Source: Eledone cirrhosa (lineage: Eukaryota). From it: DNA of 64,000 bases. Where the stretch lies: positions 260,152,001-260,216,000 of the forward strand of contig OZ024743.1 of NCBI GenBank assembly GCA_964016885.1, given 5' to 3'. The position numbers were made by a program, and so were the translations under genes. Of this stretch, positions 14,280 to 27,389 are shown in pieces; position 1 is the first letter of the stretch; each line of letters starts with the position of its first letter. Under the pieces are notes generated by a model. That model was not told the DNA's origin and made no database searches. It worked only from the letters and a program-made list of their open reading frames with translations.

Positions 14280-15176
14280 CTAGCATTAAAGCCCGGCGTT
14301 GCTCGGGGTCATTAAGTTACCAAAGTTAGGTTGCACCACCCATTTTATGGCAGCACTTTTTTGTCTGCCAGGCACTGGGTGAATGAATTGCAGACCTGGA
14401 AGCATGAGCTGCGCCAGCAGTGACAATTGTAGTTTCGCCTATGGATATTATCTCTGTGCAAAAAAGTGTTGAAATTTATTGTTTCACAGTACTTGCGTAA
14501 CACGCGCGTAGACGATGCCAGCCGAACAACAGAGCTGCGATGGAGTTGTTCTGCATGGTTGTCTGTGTGTTTTCTAAATTTAAGACAGTAGGGAGGGTTG
14601 TGATATGAGGGAGAGTTAGCTGTTGTTTCTAGCAGGTTTAGTGACCTCATAGAGGATATGTGTTTTCTAAATTTAAGACAGTAGGGAGTGGTGTGATATG
14701 GGGGAGAGTTAGCTGCTGTTTCTAGCAGGTTTAGTGACCTCATAGAAGATATGTTTTCTAAATTTAAGACAGTAGGGAGGGGTGTGATATGGGGGAGAGT
14801 TAGCTGCTGTTTCTAGCAGGTTTAGTAACCTCATAGAGGATATGTGTTTTCTAAATTTAAGACAGTAGGGAGTGGTGTGAACGGACAGTATCACCATCCA
14901 GCTTGGAAAGAGAAAGTAGCAGAAAGTATGAAGTTGTATAGATTTTGAATGGCAGTAGAAAGAGTTCAGCAGTTTAAATGACAGAGAAAAATCGTAAAAT
15001 ATTGAGTTTTATCTATTTTTTGCGTAATTGTGGATGAAATTGAAAAAATTATCTGCGTCAAGACGCAATCGAAACTGTTTCGAATACTGAATTGTAAATT
15101 TCAATTGAAGAAATTCTATATCGTAGATTTCTATAACGAAGGAGCTTCACCACACACTGAGCTTTATAGATTATGA
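14280..15176 (-). mobile_element. Non-autonomous Helitron (897 bp)
   Basis: Minus strand starts TC and ends CTAG; subterminal GC hairpin cccgagcaacgccggg; inserted between A and T with no TSD; empty site reconstructable from the mirror arm. Confidence 0.88.
14563..14880. repeat. ~90-bp tandem repeat (about 3.5 units) inside the Helitron
   Basis: Recurring gttttctaaatttaagacagtagggag...ggagagttagctgctgtttctagcaggtttagtgacctcatag. Confidence 0.9.
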
Positions 15177-15396
15177 TATTTCAAGGGTTCCAAGACAACA
15201 TTGGTACGTTTTCATCAGATAAAATACAAAGTTTGTTTTATAAATAGAGACATACCAATGAAAATCATGCCTTATCGGTTGGAAATTCACTGGATAGTCA
15301 GTGACATTGACTAGACAGTCACTGACTATCCAGTGAATTTCCAACCGATAAGGCATGATTTTCATCGGTATGTCTCTATTTATAAAACAAACTTTG

Positions 15397-15460
15397 TATT
15401 TTATCTGATGAAAGCGTACCAATGTTGTCTTGGTACCCTTGAAATATATATAATAAAATA
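15397..15460 (+). ncRNA. Type I hammerhead ribozyme
   Basis: tattttat-CTGATGA-aagcgtaccaa..ttggtaccctt-GAAA-tatata-TA-ataaaata; 8-bp stem I, long stem II, palindromic stem III. Confidence 0.8.
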
Positions 15461-15504
15461 AATATGGTTTTATAAATATACTTTCCATTTATTTAAAATC
15501 ATTG

Positions 15505-15597
<93 letters not shown>

Positions 15598-16136
15598 ATA
15601 TGATGGACTCTCCTGTCGATATCCGACGTATGAGTGTCCAACTAATACTCAGCTTGCTGGATAGCGGTGTCTCATGTGACATTTCAATCCCGCCAGTGAC
15701 AGCTTGTGCTAGAACGGCCATTATACAGCAGTCGCCATAGTGCAGAGCCCCAGCTAGAGACTTCCAGTAGTATCCTCTACCTGTCCCCGTTACTGTCACC
15801 CCATCACCTACGGCCTGCAAAAGATTGGCGGAAATGTGAGGAAGTGAACAGATGTTGAACCATCCACACAAACCTTTGTTTTAAGTGGTGAAGGCTTGTG
15901 TAGGACCAACCACACCTTTTGGAACTGACGACACATATCTTCGGTGTAAATGTATGCCACGGAAAATGCAACGACAGACCTCAGCTTTAAAAAAAAATAC
16001 TATTTGGATGGCCGGTGACTCTGCTGAGTCCCTCCGCACTTTGCCGAGTCTTGTATTACATCTCGCTGGGTGTTCAAATATCACCCTCCTCACAAAGCAA
16101 GCTTGGTGGGGTTGCCGGTTTAGTCACCGACGACCC

Positions 16137-16197
<61 letters not shown>

Positions 16198-16204
16198 TAT
16201 GTAT

Positions 16205-16343
16205 AATTACTTTTACCGGGAACCCCTAGCCATGTTCGAACTCCAGACCAGGATCTCTGCCGCCTATGGTACCCACTAGGCTAGCGAGATCTAGCTGTCG
16301 AAACGGCCGAAGCTCAGCAATCAGGGGCCTGACTCTTTTCCTA
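16205..16343 (+). repeat. TA-embedded copy of the GTC-GAAACGGC family (family G)
   Basis: ctagctgtcGAAAcggccgaagctcagcaaTCaggggcctgactcttttcc is similar to 31820-31910. Confidence 0.6.
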
Positions 16344-16609
16344 TATATATATATGTGTGTGTGTATGTGTATATATATATATATATACAATTAAGTTAAA
16401 AATGTACATCCACATATGTATACTGAAATACTAGTATGCATATGAATACACACACGTGTACATATGTAGATGTACCGAGTTTTTCACTGGTCACTTTACT
16501 GTGAGTGTCCAGCTATTCTGTATGTAAACACACAGACAAACCGGTTTTTAGAGTCATACTGGTTTTTGAGGAAACACCTTTCCTCTATTCTCCAGAAAGC
16601 CAGACAAGG

Positions 16610-16654
16610 AATATTGGACTAGTTTCGATGTTGTTACATCTCATCAGCAATATT
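16610..16654 (-). ncRNA. Type I hammerhead ribozyme, GUC site
   Basis: Minus: aatattg-CTGATGA-gatgt aaca acatc-GAAA-ctag-TC-caatatt. Confidence 0.9.
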
Positions 16655-17043
16655 TACCTATCTTCCGGCCTTTCTAGAGAATCGTAAAAGCACATATCGT
16701 TATATGCTTTTTCTATGAAAATTAGTAGTGGGCAGACTAATTTGCATAGAGCGTGAGTACGTACCGGTTCAACGGAGACGATAAAAACAAATAACGACTA
16801 GTATTTCAGTATACATATGTGGATGTACATTTTTAACTTAATTGTTTAAGCGTCAGTCATACAAAAGTGAGTTACAAACGAAACGAAATTTAATTTCGTT
16901 TCGTTATTTGTTTTTATCGTCTCCGTTGAACCGGTACGTACTCACGCTCTATGAAAATTAGTCTGCCCACTACTAATTTTCATAGAAAAAGCATATAACG
17001 ATATGTGCTTTTACGATTCTCTAGAGAGGTCGGAAGATAGGTA

Positions 17044-17088
17044 AATATTGCTGATGAGATGTAACAACATCGAAACTAGTTCAATATT
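17044..17088 (+). ncRNA. Type I hammerhead ribozyme, GUU site
   Basis: aatattg-CTGATGA-gatgtaacaacatc-GAAA-ctag-TT-caatatt. Confidence 0.85.
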
Positions 17089-17306
17089 CCTTGTCTGGCT
17101 TTCTGGAGAATAGAGGAAAGGTGTTTCCTCAAAAACCAGTATGACTCTAAAAACTGGTTTGTCTGTGTGTTTACATACAGAATAGCTGGACACTCACAGT
17201 AAAGTGACCAGTGAAAAACTCGGTACATCTACATATGTATACGTGTGTGTAATCATATGCATACTAGTATTTCAGTATACATATGTGGATGTACATTTTT
17301 AACTTA

Positions 17307-17339
<33 letters not shown>

Positions 17340-17341
<2 letters not shown>

Positions 17342-18222
17342 ATAATAATAAATTTGAAGACTAAAATCCAAAGAGGGCTCGGTAAGGATAAATATATATC
17401 AAATATATAAGAACTGTAGAGCAAATATTTATTAAAATAACAGATTAAAGTTTAAGCAAAGAATCGCTGCTTTCACCCTTAACGGGATCTTCTGAAACTA
17501 ACAAAGTCAATCTGTAAACGCAGAAGTGGATATTTCAAAAAACGTTGCAACCGGAGGAAGACAGGAAGACGATACTTTGGTTCGTGGAAACGTTCGCTGG
17601 CAAAGAACGGGAAAAAACGAATATAATACGTCATTAATAGGAGCGGTGAAAAACAATTACGTGCAAAGACAGAACCACGTTTATCGTATAAAAGAGGTCG
17701 TAGACTAATGTTCTCTTAGGTGGTTCATAGAGACGTTCTCTGGCAATGAACGAAAAAAACGAAGATAATACGTCATATGTGGAGCGTGGAGAACAATAGC
17801 ACGCAAAGACAAAACCACGTGAATGGTATAGCAGAAGTCGTAGACTAAAATTTTAACTAGGAGACCGAATGAATCTCCGCTACAGAGTTAAGAACAAAGT
17901 AAATAAATACAATACAGAATTAATAGAAATAAATAAATACATACACGCAAACAAATACGTACATACACAAGCATACGCAAAACACATACCATAGGTATAC
18001 AAAACCACGCACATATAAATATATGTGTGTGTGTGTATGCGTGTATACAAATAAATAAATAATTATATAAACGTATATTCTTCCTGTCTTCCTCCGGTTG
18101 CAACGTTTTTTGAAATATCCACTTCTGCGTTTACAGATTGACTTTGTTAGTTTCAGAAGATCCCGTTAAGGGTGAAAGCAGCGATTCTTTGCTTAAACTT
18201 TAATCTGTTATTTTAATAAATA
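17340..18222. mobile_element. TA-flanked fold-back element with a decayed HHR-like motif
   Basis: About 17427-17569 is inverted at 18079-18222; CAGAAGA-tcccgttaagggt-GAAA; left end also present reversed at 10765-10860; internal ~130-bp duplication. Confidence 0.7.
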
Positions 18223-18445
18223 TATATATATATACACACAAATAAAAGGCAGAGTTAGTACTCATATTAATACCTTGTAATTAATAAGCTCAAAATATAA
18301 ATACACCGCATTTTATAATATATGTAGAAATAAACAGTAAATTGTGTGTTTAAAATTACAAGGGCTGAAAGACCACGTTGGTTTGACGAATATAAACAAT
18401 GAAACAAACAGAAATACAAGAAACTACCGTTTCAATAACTATTAA

Positions 18446-18533
18446 TCTCCTGGACAGCTTAGAGATTTAATCTGTTTCGCCCTGAAAATTGTGTTTGTAA
18501 CAGATAATCCGTAGGCATTTCGTCAGCAGGAGA
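18446..18533 (-). ncRNA. Hammerhead ribozyme candidate with a 3-nt core insertion
   Basis: Minus: tctcctg-CTGACGA-aat-gcc...ggc-GAAA-cag(loop)ctg-TC-caggaga; 7-bp stem I. Confidence 0.65.
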
Positions 18534-18589
18534 CAAGATTGAATGCGACAAACACCTAAGAAAGTAGGTAACTAGATATTAATAATGAT

Positions 18590-20140
18590 AATGAAAATAT
18601 TGTGCACTACAACTCATCAAAAGTGTATGTATAGTACATAGGGTAATGTACAAACGTCAGGAGAATGAACAGTGCATGAGTCATGATATACACATGTGTG
18701 CATGTGTTTGGAAGGGGGGACATCAGGTGTAGTTTTGGCGAATTTCGGGAAGCATGAGGCTTTTAAAGGATGCAGTGTCTCGGCAGCTAACAACTGACGC
18801 AGGCAGTTTGTTCCATGCTTCAGCAACTCTAAGCGTGAAAAAATGTTTCCGAAAGTCATGGGAGCTGTGCTGTTTTCTGATGTTGTAGGCATGTCCGCGT
18901 GTGTTAGACACATGGGGATCAAAAAGGTGCACAGGGTTGTTGTTGGCGAGATGGTTAATAACTTTGTGGGTGTTTACCAAGTCCATTGCCAGACGTCGGA
19001 GCTTCAATGAATCCATGCCCAGGGAAGCAAGGCGTTCAGAGTTTGGTAGGTGTCTGATGGAGGGTATGCGCTTGGTTGCACGTCTCTGAACAGTTTCCAG
19101 GAGGTCAATGTTCTGAGCAAGATAGGGGTTCCAGACTGATGATGCGAATTCCAAGTGTGGTCGTACCATAGCTGTATACAGCTTTAAATAGATGGCTGGA
19201 GAGCGGCTAACAAACGTCTTGCTGAGTGATGCCAAGACACCCTCGGCCTTCTTGACAATCTTAGAGACGTGCTTTGTCCAACGCAAATCGCTGCTGGCAG
19301 TAATGCCAAGGTCACGTTCACAAGAGGACTTCCTGATATCAGTGTTGTGGAAGGAGTATGTGGACGCTGGATTTTTCCTCCGAAAATGCATGGTGGTACA
19401 CTTGTCCACAGCCAGTTTCAGTTGCCAGTCTGTGATCCATTGCTGCATTGTGTCCAGGTCTGATTGTAGGAAAGAATTATAGATTTCAGGATCAGTCCTT
19501 TTGATTTCAAGGTACAGCTTGATGTCATCTGCATATTTCAGTACCGTGGCGTTCTTTAAGTTCGCATCTATGTCCTTAATATATGCCACAAACAAAAGGG
19601 ACCAGGAACAGATCCCTGTGGTACACCAGATGACATCTCATATGGTGAAGAATGCTGTCCTAGAACCGTGACTATCTCTTTTTGGCTGAGAATGAAGGAT
19701 TTCAACCAGTTAAAAAGATAATCCCTCACACCCATTGCAGAGAGTTTCGCCATAAGTCTTTTGTGTGGCACAGAATTAAAAGCCTTAGCGAAGTCAAGGT
19801 AAACAACATTCACCTATGAGCCGCTGTCAGTGATCCGAGTAATGTCTTCAAGGAACTCGATAAGCTGATCCAAATTGCGAGAGCCGAATGAGGCTGTGAG
19901 AGCTCCAGAAGTTCCAAAGTGTTTCTCTGACACAGGATTCCATCAGTTTGGCAATACAGCTAGTAATACTGACTGGACGATAGTTGACAGGTGACGTACG
20001 GTCGCCCTTTTTGAACAGGGGAATGACACTGGCAGTTTTCCACTGCTCTGGAGTAGCACCATTGTTGAGACAGTATTTAAAGAAGAAAGAAAGCTGGTGC
20101 AAAAGGGAGTACTCACCACGTTTGAGAAGCAGGTATGTAA
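18590..20140 (-). mobile_element. CR1-like LINE, 5'-truncated, frameshifted
   Basis: NYRPVSIT, VYLDFAKAFNSVPH, SGVPQGSV, YADDIKLY, RPHLEFASSVWNPY, VQRRATK, TRGH, FFTLRVAEAWNKLP. Confidence 0.92.
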
Positions 20141-21389
20141 CGGTTTACGACAGGTGCATGGTTCGACTCCCATGAGTGACTCTGTCCTTTTTTTTTTTTT
20201 TCTTTCGTTTCCAGAGGTTCTCTGACCGAATTATTATAGCTAATCTGTATTTTGGCGTCTTTTCGAAAAGCAAAATATATTTTCAAATCTGCATAATGCT
20301 TCGTAAATAAAGCAATGCTGTTTATTGTATTTAACTTTTAGTCTGGTCATATGTATGTATTTGAAAGAAAACAAATGTTTACAGGATTTGAAGAAATATG
20401 AGATAAATAAAACTAAATTCCGTTTTTGAATAAAATTTATATATATATAGCGTTTTGAATAAAATTTATATATATAGCGTTTTCTCACACTTGAAATTTA
20501 AAAAAAAAACGAAATAAAAGAGAAAAGAAATATATTTCTCTCCAAATACACAAAAACATAAATAATTAATCAAGGTGCGAATTTTTAGACAGGGTTAAAC
20601 CTAAAGGTTGATGGCTAGAAGACACAATAGAAGCAGTATTAAACATAGTCATTGGAATATCACCAGGATATCAATAGAGAGAAGCTTAGATTTTGCGGAG
20701 TTGAAAGTAATCAGCCATTGAATACCTCAATCAATCACCGAATGCAAGTAAAGCCCAAGAAAAATATATTTCCACTTCATTAAACAAATCAGACTTCTCA
20801 AGGATCAGACTTCAACCAAGAATATAAGAGTCATCTGGAAGATCATTAATAACAATTAAGAAAAATATCTGACTAATAAGGAACATCAGATGAGATGAAA
20901 TGTTTAGAAGAATGCATACCTGCCAACTTCTAAAAACCCAAACGCGGAGTACCATGAAAAAAAGTGCTCCAAAACGGGGTGAAATGAGGCAAAATGGGGA
21001 GATTTTACATAATGAAAACCATACCCATTTTCACAAGAGAAGAGATCTCTCACCCAGCCCAAAGTGGATGGGAGATCTCCCCCATCCGACAGGGAGATTT
21101 GACAGGCCTGAGAATGCAGTCCATTTGAAACAACTTGAATACTACGTTTACCCAGAAATTCCATGACTTCATCCTCGAGAAGAAACTAGCATGTCAAACC
21201 CTATAAAATGCTTACGTATGTTAAAAGCAACAATACTTGTCTTGCCATAATTTTCTAAATAATGATAAAAACATTCACTAATCAATCAAAAGTACAATTG
21301 TGGGATGTGATTTACGGAAGATTATTATTTATCAGAAAACAGACCCGGTGACTCAGTGTGTAAGACAGCAACCAGAATGACTAAAAGTC

Positions 21390-21720
21390 CTTATTATCTA
21401 TAGAAGGAAGGCTGATTGGGCGGTAGATTCATGATCTAAATGTTCGCCAGAAGTTTTGAAAACAAGAATAACAAAGGCTGATTTACAACTAATGCTTCGT
21501 TTAATAAAAACTAAGCATTTATTAAAGAATTTTGACAGAAAAGAAGAAAGTTCAGAAGAGAAATTTTTCATAACAATCGAAGTAATATGATAAGAACCAG
21601 CCGTCGTATAAGTGTCGGAGCTGGAAATAACCTTCGCTACAGATTTATAAATTAAAGGCAAATCAAATAATGGAACTTCACACCATAAAAAGAAATGTGG
21701 AAGAGCATGATCAGATAAAT
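21390..21720 (-). mobile_element. Highly decayed LINE fragment
   Basis: VMKNFSSELSSFLSKFFNKCL...CKSAFVILVFK resembles the pre-RT region of CR1/jockey LINEs. Confidence 0.5.
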
Positions 21721-22115
21721 CAAGAGTAAAACATGTGGATCAAGTTTAGGAACAAATGGATCAAGTGTAGAACAGATGGATCAAGGGTAGGAAAAGATGG
21801 ATATAGGGTAGAACTGACGGGTCAAAGGTAGAACAATCCTGCAGCTGTTTACAGTCATAAACCATTCCACTATGTAGTATCTGCATAGAGGCTAATAGAC
21901 CAAGATTTGCATGTTAATAACCTTCACACATTGACATAGATCAACGATGGTGACAACAAATGAACTCCCGATGTTCCTGTTAGCAGACTTCGTTCTTTTC
22001 TGTAACTTCCGATGGATTCGTAGGGGCGGTGTAGTGACACAAGGTGTTTATTAGGCATTTTTAAAACCTGGCGGAGCCCATCTTCTCTCCAGGTCTGAAC
22101 ACAGCAGATTTCTTC

Positions 22116-22204
<89 letters not shown>

Positions 22205-23203
22205 GCGGAAGAATCGATCCCAGTATTGGACTGATACTTTTTTTTTGTTTACCAACCTCGAAAGGAGGAAACACTATGTTAATCTCGGCAGGAATTGAAC
22301 TCCGAACGCAGAGAGTCAAAACAAAATACCGCAAAGCTTGCTATCAAACGTTTTAAAGACAATGCCAATTCGCCTTTAACAGACATACGCATACCTTTCC
22401 AACTCAACAATGTGAAAGTTCCCATGATAATAATTTATACATGCAAATTTTCATTCTACTTTCGGTACAGTTACTTCTATCTATTTCTAAAATATGAGAA
22501 TGAAATTTTAAATAATACATAGATAAAATTTCGTGTAGAAAAGATCCCAACAAAGGACAGATGGAGACAAAATATATATGGAAGCTACTCTCAATAAAAA
22601 AAAAAATCATTCACATTTTTTTAATCTTCTTTCATTCTTCCTGCATTTTATTTCTATTTTGTTAACCTTTCTCGTTATTCATTGTCTTTCTTCTCTCCAT
22701 CGCTATCTCTTCCACCACCACAATTCCTACTCCGCCACCGCATTCTCCTAAATGCTTACCAGAAGTTTTATGTTTTCTTCGCGTGAGTAATTCACTATAC
22801 CATAAAAATTAGTCACCTATATATTATTGTTTACTAGCAAAAGAGATTTTGTAACAGCGTATAAAGCTTACGATTCAGTGAAACTATTAACTAATGCTAT
22901 GGACACTATTGACCAACTAGCTAATTGTTAGAGGAAACCTGTATCTGACACCTATATTTATGAGCTGGGATTAGTATTCAGTGTGAGGTTGAAGAGAGAG
23001 AGAGAGGGTGGTGGTGGAAGGAGAGAGAAAGAGAGCTGAAAATGCCAATATTTCTTTTGATAGGAGAGGATGATATCGTTGGTATGTGTATTATGTGAAT
23101 TATGTGTATAATGGGCATTATGTGTATAATGTATATAATTGATTTTTGCTTTCGGTCCAAGAAAGGAAAACTGCATATCTCTCCCTGACTTTATTTCTAT
23201 TTC

Positions 23204-23344
<141 letters not shown>

Positions 23345-23355
23345 CGCATACATCG

Positions 23356-23389
<34 letters not shown>

Positions 23390-23390
<1 letters not shown>

Positions 23391-23595
23391 ACAAAGGAAT
23401 TGTGGTAAGGAACCAGATGGACCATAACGCACCAGAGTACTCAATACTTAGGGTAGTAGAGTGGGAAATAGGAAAAAGTATGATCCCGACGGCAGAACTC
23501 AAGCCGTTTCGACGGCTATTTCTGGACTGAAATAGCCGTCCAGAAATAGCCGTCGAAACGGCTTGAGCTCTGCCGTCGGAGTCATACTTTTTCCT
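23390..23595. repeat. Family G fold-back element in (TA)n
   Basis: Arms about 23470-23528 and 23538-23595. Confidence 0.8.
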
Positions 23596-23614
23596 ATATA
23601 TATATATATATGTG

Positions 23615-23708
<94 letters not shown>

Positions 23709-23825
23709 TAAAATTAACGAGAATCGTATTTCGGCTTTGGAATTAGTGAAAAACAACTTCCGAGATGTGTGGCAAGCGCTCAATAATTCTGACGAACCAG
23801 AACTACAACATACGTTAAAGGCCAA

Positions 23826-23880
<55 letters not shown>

Positions 23881-23884
<4 letters not shown>

Positions 23885-25137
23885 CCCTAGAGTAAGAGTA
23901 CTCATTTTCCTATGTGTGACATGGTAAAACAGCACCTCATTGATGCATATCGGCGTGTTGGTTATGACCTTGGCTGCACGTTCATACTTGTTTCAACGTT
24001 ATCGGTTGAATTAGTCGTTAGTTATTTCTGTTTGAGTATAGACGAGATTATAACCTCTGTTACGTTGGCGATGCAGGAAAATATCGAACAAGGGTATACG
24101 ATCACATCTTGTGTGAAACTCAAAAAATCTGTCAACAAAACATTTCATTCTTTAACACAAGCTTATGGGGATGTTACTCTATCGAGAAGTAAAGATTTTA
24201 AGTCGCACATAGCTTTCAAAGAGGGCCGATAAAATGTTGAAGACGAACCTCGACCTAGAAGGCCAACTGACTCAACAAATGAGTAAAATGTATAAGTGGT
24301 AATGGCGAAAGATCATCGATTAAGTGTTAGGATAATTGCAGAAGAAATGGACTTGGATAAAAATGCAGCACACAGAATGTTAACAGACCATTTGCACACG
24401 CGAAAAATTTGTACGAAATTAGTACCTAAACACGTGTCTGTGAAGTAAAAGGCGAACCGGTTGGAAATTTGTCAGGATCTGTTAGAAAGACTCGAAATTC
24501 AGCCAAATTTCTTGGATAAATTAATAACAGATGAATCATGGCTGTTCGCGCACGATACAGAGACAGAACGGCAAAGTGGTGAGTGGAGTGGCACACGAAA
24601 ATTCTCCTCGTCTGAAGAAAGCAAGAGCAGATCCAGGGTGAAAATGATGATTATCATGTTTTATGACTGCCGTGGTTTTGTTCACACAGAAATTTTACCC
24701 ACAGGACAGACAATTAATTACACCTACGGGTTCATCAAGTTCGAAATGACATTGCAGGAGATTGGGTACTACACCACGATAACGCCCCTGCTCACACAGC
24801 ACTTTCAATGAAAGAATTTTTTGCCAAGAAAAGAACAATTTCCACATCTTTCCTTCAGCCAAGATCTAGCTCCGTACGATTTCTACCTTATCCCTGAGTT
24901 GAAATCGAAGTTAAAGGGGGATAATTTGGGGTCTGTGGGAAACATACAAAATCTTTTAACTGCCAAGCTGAGGACACTCACAGTATGTGACTTCCAGTAC
25001 TGCTACGATCAGTGGAAAAAACATTAGAACCACTGTATGACTTCCCGAAGGTTGTATTTTGAAGGAGAAAACCTGTCATTATGTCTGATACACATTTAAA
25101 TAAAACATCAGAACCTTTACTTTTGGGACAAACCTCA
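23881..25137 (+). mobile_element. Mariner (DD34D-type) transposon relic
   Basis: Broken transposase: LTQAYGDVTLSRS, VEDEPRPRRP, ITDESWLF, HHDNAPAH, SQDLAPYDFYLIPELK; ends ttgtccctagagtaa / ttacttttgggacaa. Confidence 0.9.
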
Positions 25138-25321
25138 TTTTTTCCGATTCCGCCTTGCCCGTCCCTTCAATATTTCTAATTTCTCATTCTTCTTCTGATG
25201 ACTAGCGTCCAAAACGTTAAGACCCTCTTCCTGCTCTTTCAAGCGTTAACCTAATATATTCCTTCCATACACTGTACCGATTGTGTTGTTATTTCTGTTT
25301 AACTTTTACACACACACCCAA

Positions 25322-25429
<108 letters not shown>

Positions 25430-25442
25430 TTATTTATTTATT

Positions 25443-27177
25443 AGTAAAAAGGAAAAGAAAATGCTGACAAATTTTTCCCAGTGAAAAATAGTTTAATTAG
25501 GAATAAGTATAAATTAGTAATAAGTGTTAGTTAGTATTCAGTTTTAGTTTTAAGTTTTTACCGGTTGCGCATTTCTTATGCTTTTCAGAAGTAATTTTGA
25601 GATAGAGTGCTCGTGATTTTTGCTCTAATCTGAGCAAAAATCACGAGCACTCTATCTCAAAATTATTTTTGAAAAGCATAAGAAATGCGCAACCGGTAAA
25701 AACTTAAAACTAAAACTGAATACTAACTAACACTTATTACTAATTTATATCACAACTCGTGTGTCTCCTCTATATTTTGACACTCGCTTCCTGCAACTCG
25801 ACATAGAAGACTACTATGTTTCTCTCTCAGAGCCCTTCCTGAAGGACGCACTTACTTTTGCCAGGAATTTTACCACCATAACCGATGCTGAGCAAGATGT
25901 AATCCTCTATGCCCGTAAGACCTTCCTACACCACGAGGGATATTAATGTTAATTCTAACCACCCCAAAAATATCACCGATAACTTAGTAAAAAGCGTCTC
26001 AATTAGAATCTCCGGCTTCTCGGCCAATGAAGATATATTCAACGCCTCCGCCTCCTACTACAATGGAGCCCTCGCCCGCAGCGGATTTAAAGAAAAGATA
26101 ACTTCCCTAGAAACCACCGCAAGACTACATAGGAGGAATAGGCATAGGCAGATTAGTTGGAACAACCCCCCGCTTCAATAGAGAGGTCTCTACACCTATA
26201 GCTAGGACTTTCTTCACTTTGCTGAACACACACTTTCCCATACAACATAGGTACTACACCATCTTCAATAATAACTCAATAAGACTCTCCTACTCCACTA
26301 CAACTAATCTAGCTAGGAATATAGCCAATCTCAATTCTAAAAAATTAAATATACCAACCACTTCCGAACCCAATCCCCGGACTAAAGCCTTGTGCAACTG
26401 CCTAAATAAGGAAGCCTGCCCACTTGAAAACAAATGCCTGACAAATGACATCGTATACAAATGTGATGTCATCTCAGGCACCGATGATAGCAACAACAAA
26501 AAGACTTACATCGGCATGACTTCCAATCATTTTAAGACCCGGTGGTATGCCCATACCCACTCTTTCAGAAGACCGGACAAATCAAATCAGGCAAGACTCG
26601 CCTCCTATGTTTGGGACCTCAAAAGGAACTCCTCCTCCCCTTCACGCTTAAATGGAAAATACTCCAGAAAGCGCGCTCATACAAGGGAGGACACAAGTGC
26701 TGCGACCTTTGTATCTCAGAGAGATACGAAATATTCGCAAAGGGCCCGCTCTTGAACAAACTCTCTGAACACTGCCCGAATTGCATGCACAAAAACTTTG
26801 CAACTTTCAAATACCTTAAGCCAGTGTTAATGCCAGATGGCTAAAAAAGATTTCCCTTTTTTTTTAAAAAACCTCACTCGACAATGCAAATAGGTAAATC
26901 TCCGGGTAACAAGATCCGGTGGTGGAGAGAGAGAGATCTAAGTGGATGAACGTTGAAATGAGTGGCGTGTATAAGACGTGTAGAGCAATGAAGGAAAGAG
27001 ATAAAGGATAAAAATAAAAATAACAACACGAGAGAGAGTTACCTTGGGAGAGATTTAATTGTCCCTATATATTTCGAATTCACATCCATCAACTGGGGTT
27101 TTTTTCCGGGGTGGGGGAAAGGTTGTCTGTCGGAAAGGTGCGAAACGCGTCATCCGCTGTTCGTTGTTTTGAAATTC

Positions 27178-27180
<3 letters not shown>
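25443..27180 (+). mobile_element. Penelope-like element (GIY-YIG), internally deleted, with inverted 5' repeat
   Basis: RT start LQLDIEDYY..ARKTFL, SNHPKNI, ISWNNPP, CNCLNKEACPLENKC, IVYKC..TYIGMTSNHFKTRWYAH, CDLCISE..LNK; 5' hairpin about 25508-25625 / 25632-25749. Confidence 0.9.
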
Positions 27181-27228
<48 letters not shown>

Positions 27229-27319
27229 GTATGTATGTATGTATATATTTGTATATATGTGTATATATGTGTTTTTATTTATATATATATGTGTGTATAT
27301 TTATATGACTGTGTGTATT

Positions 27320-27389
<70 letters not shown>

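Larger units (their letters stand above)
14165..15505. mobile_element. TA-flanked palindromic PLE-like element, left arm split by a Helitron
   Basis: 14170-14279 plus 15177-15305 is the reverse complement of about 15318-15505; centre near 15306-15317. Confidence 0.8.
16388..17312. mobile_element. Head-to-head pair of the 466-bp HHR monomer (retrozyme/PLE-like)
   Basis: 16388-16796 forward and 16798-17312 inverted; nearly identical to the 33-35 kb unit; flanked by (TA)n. Confidence 0.9.

Noticed and set aside
14165-15505. Palindromes as general assembly or amplification artefacts
   Set aside because: Arms differ by substitutions and indels, and one arm holds a private Helitron; only the near-perfect 33-35 kb array still needs read confirmation
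15600-16140. GC-richer island between TA tracts with short ORFs
   Set aside because: Could not assign a family or fold a ribozyme
20560-21260. A-rich stretch with 86-88 aa ORFs
   Set aside because: No recognisable motifs; probably a decayed repeat
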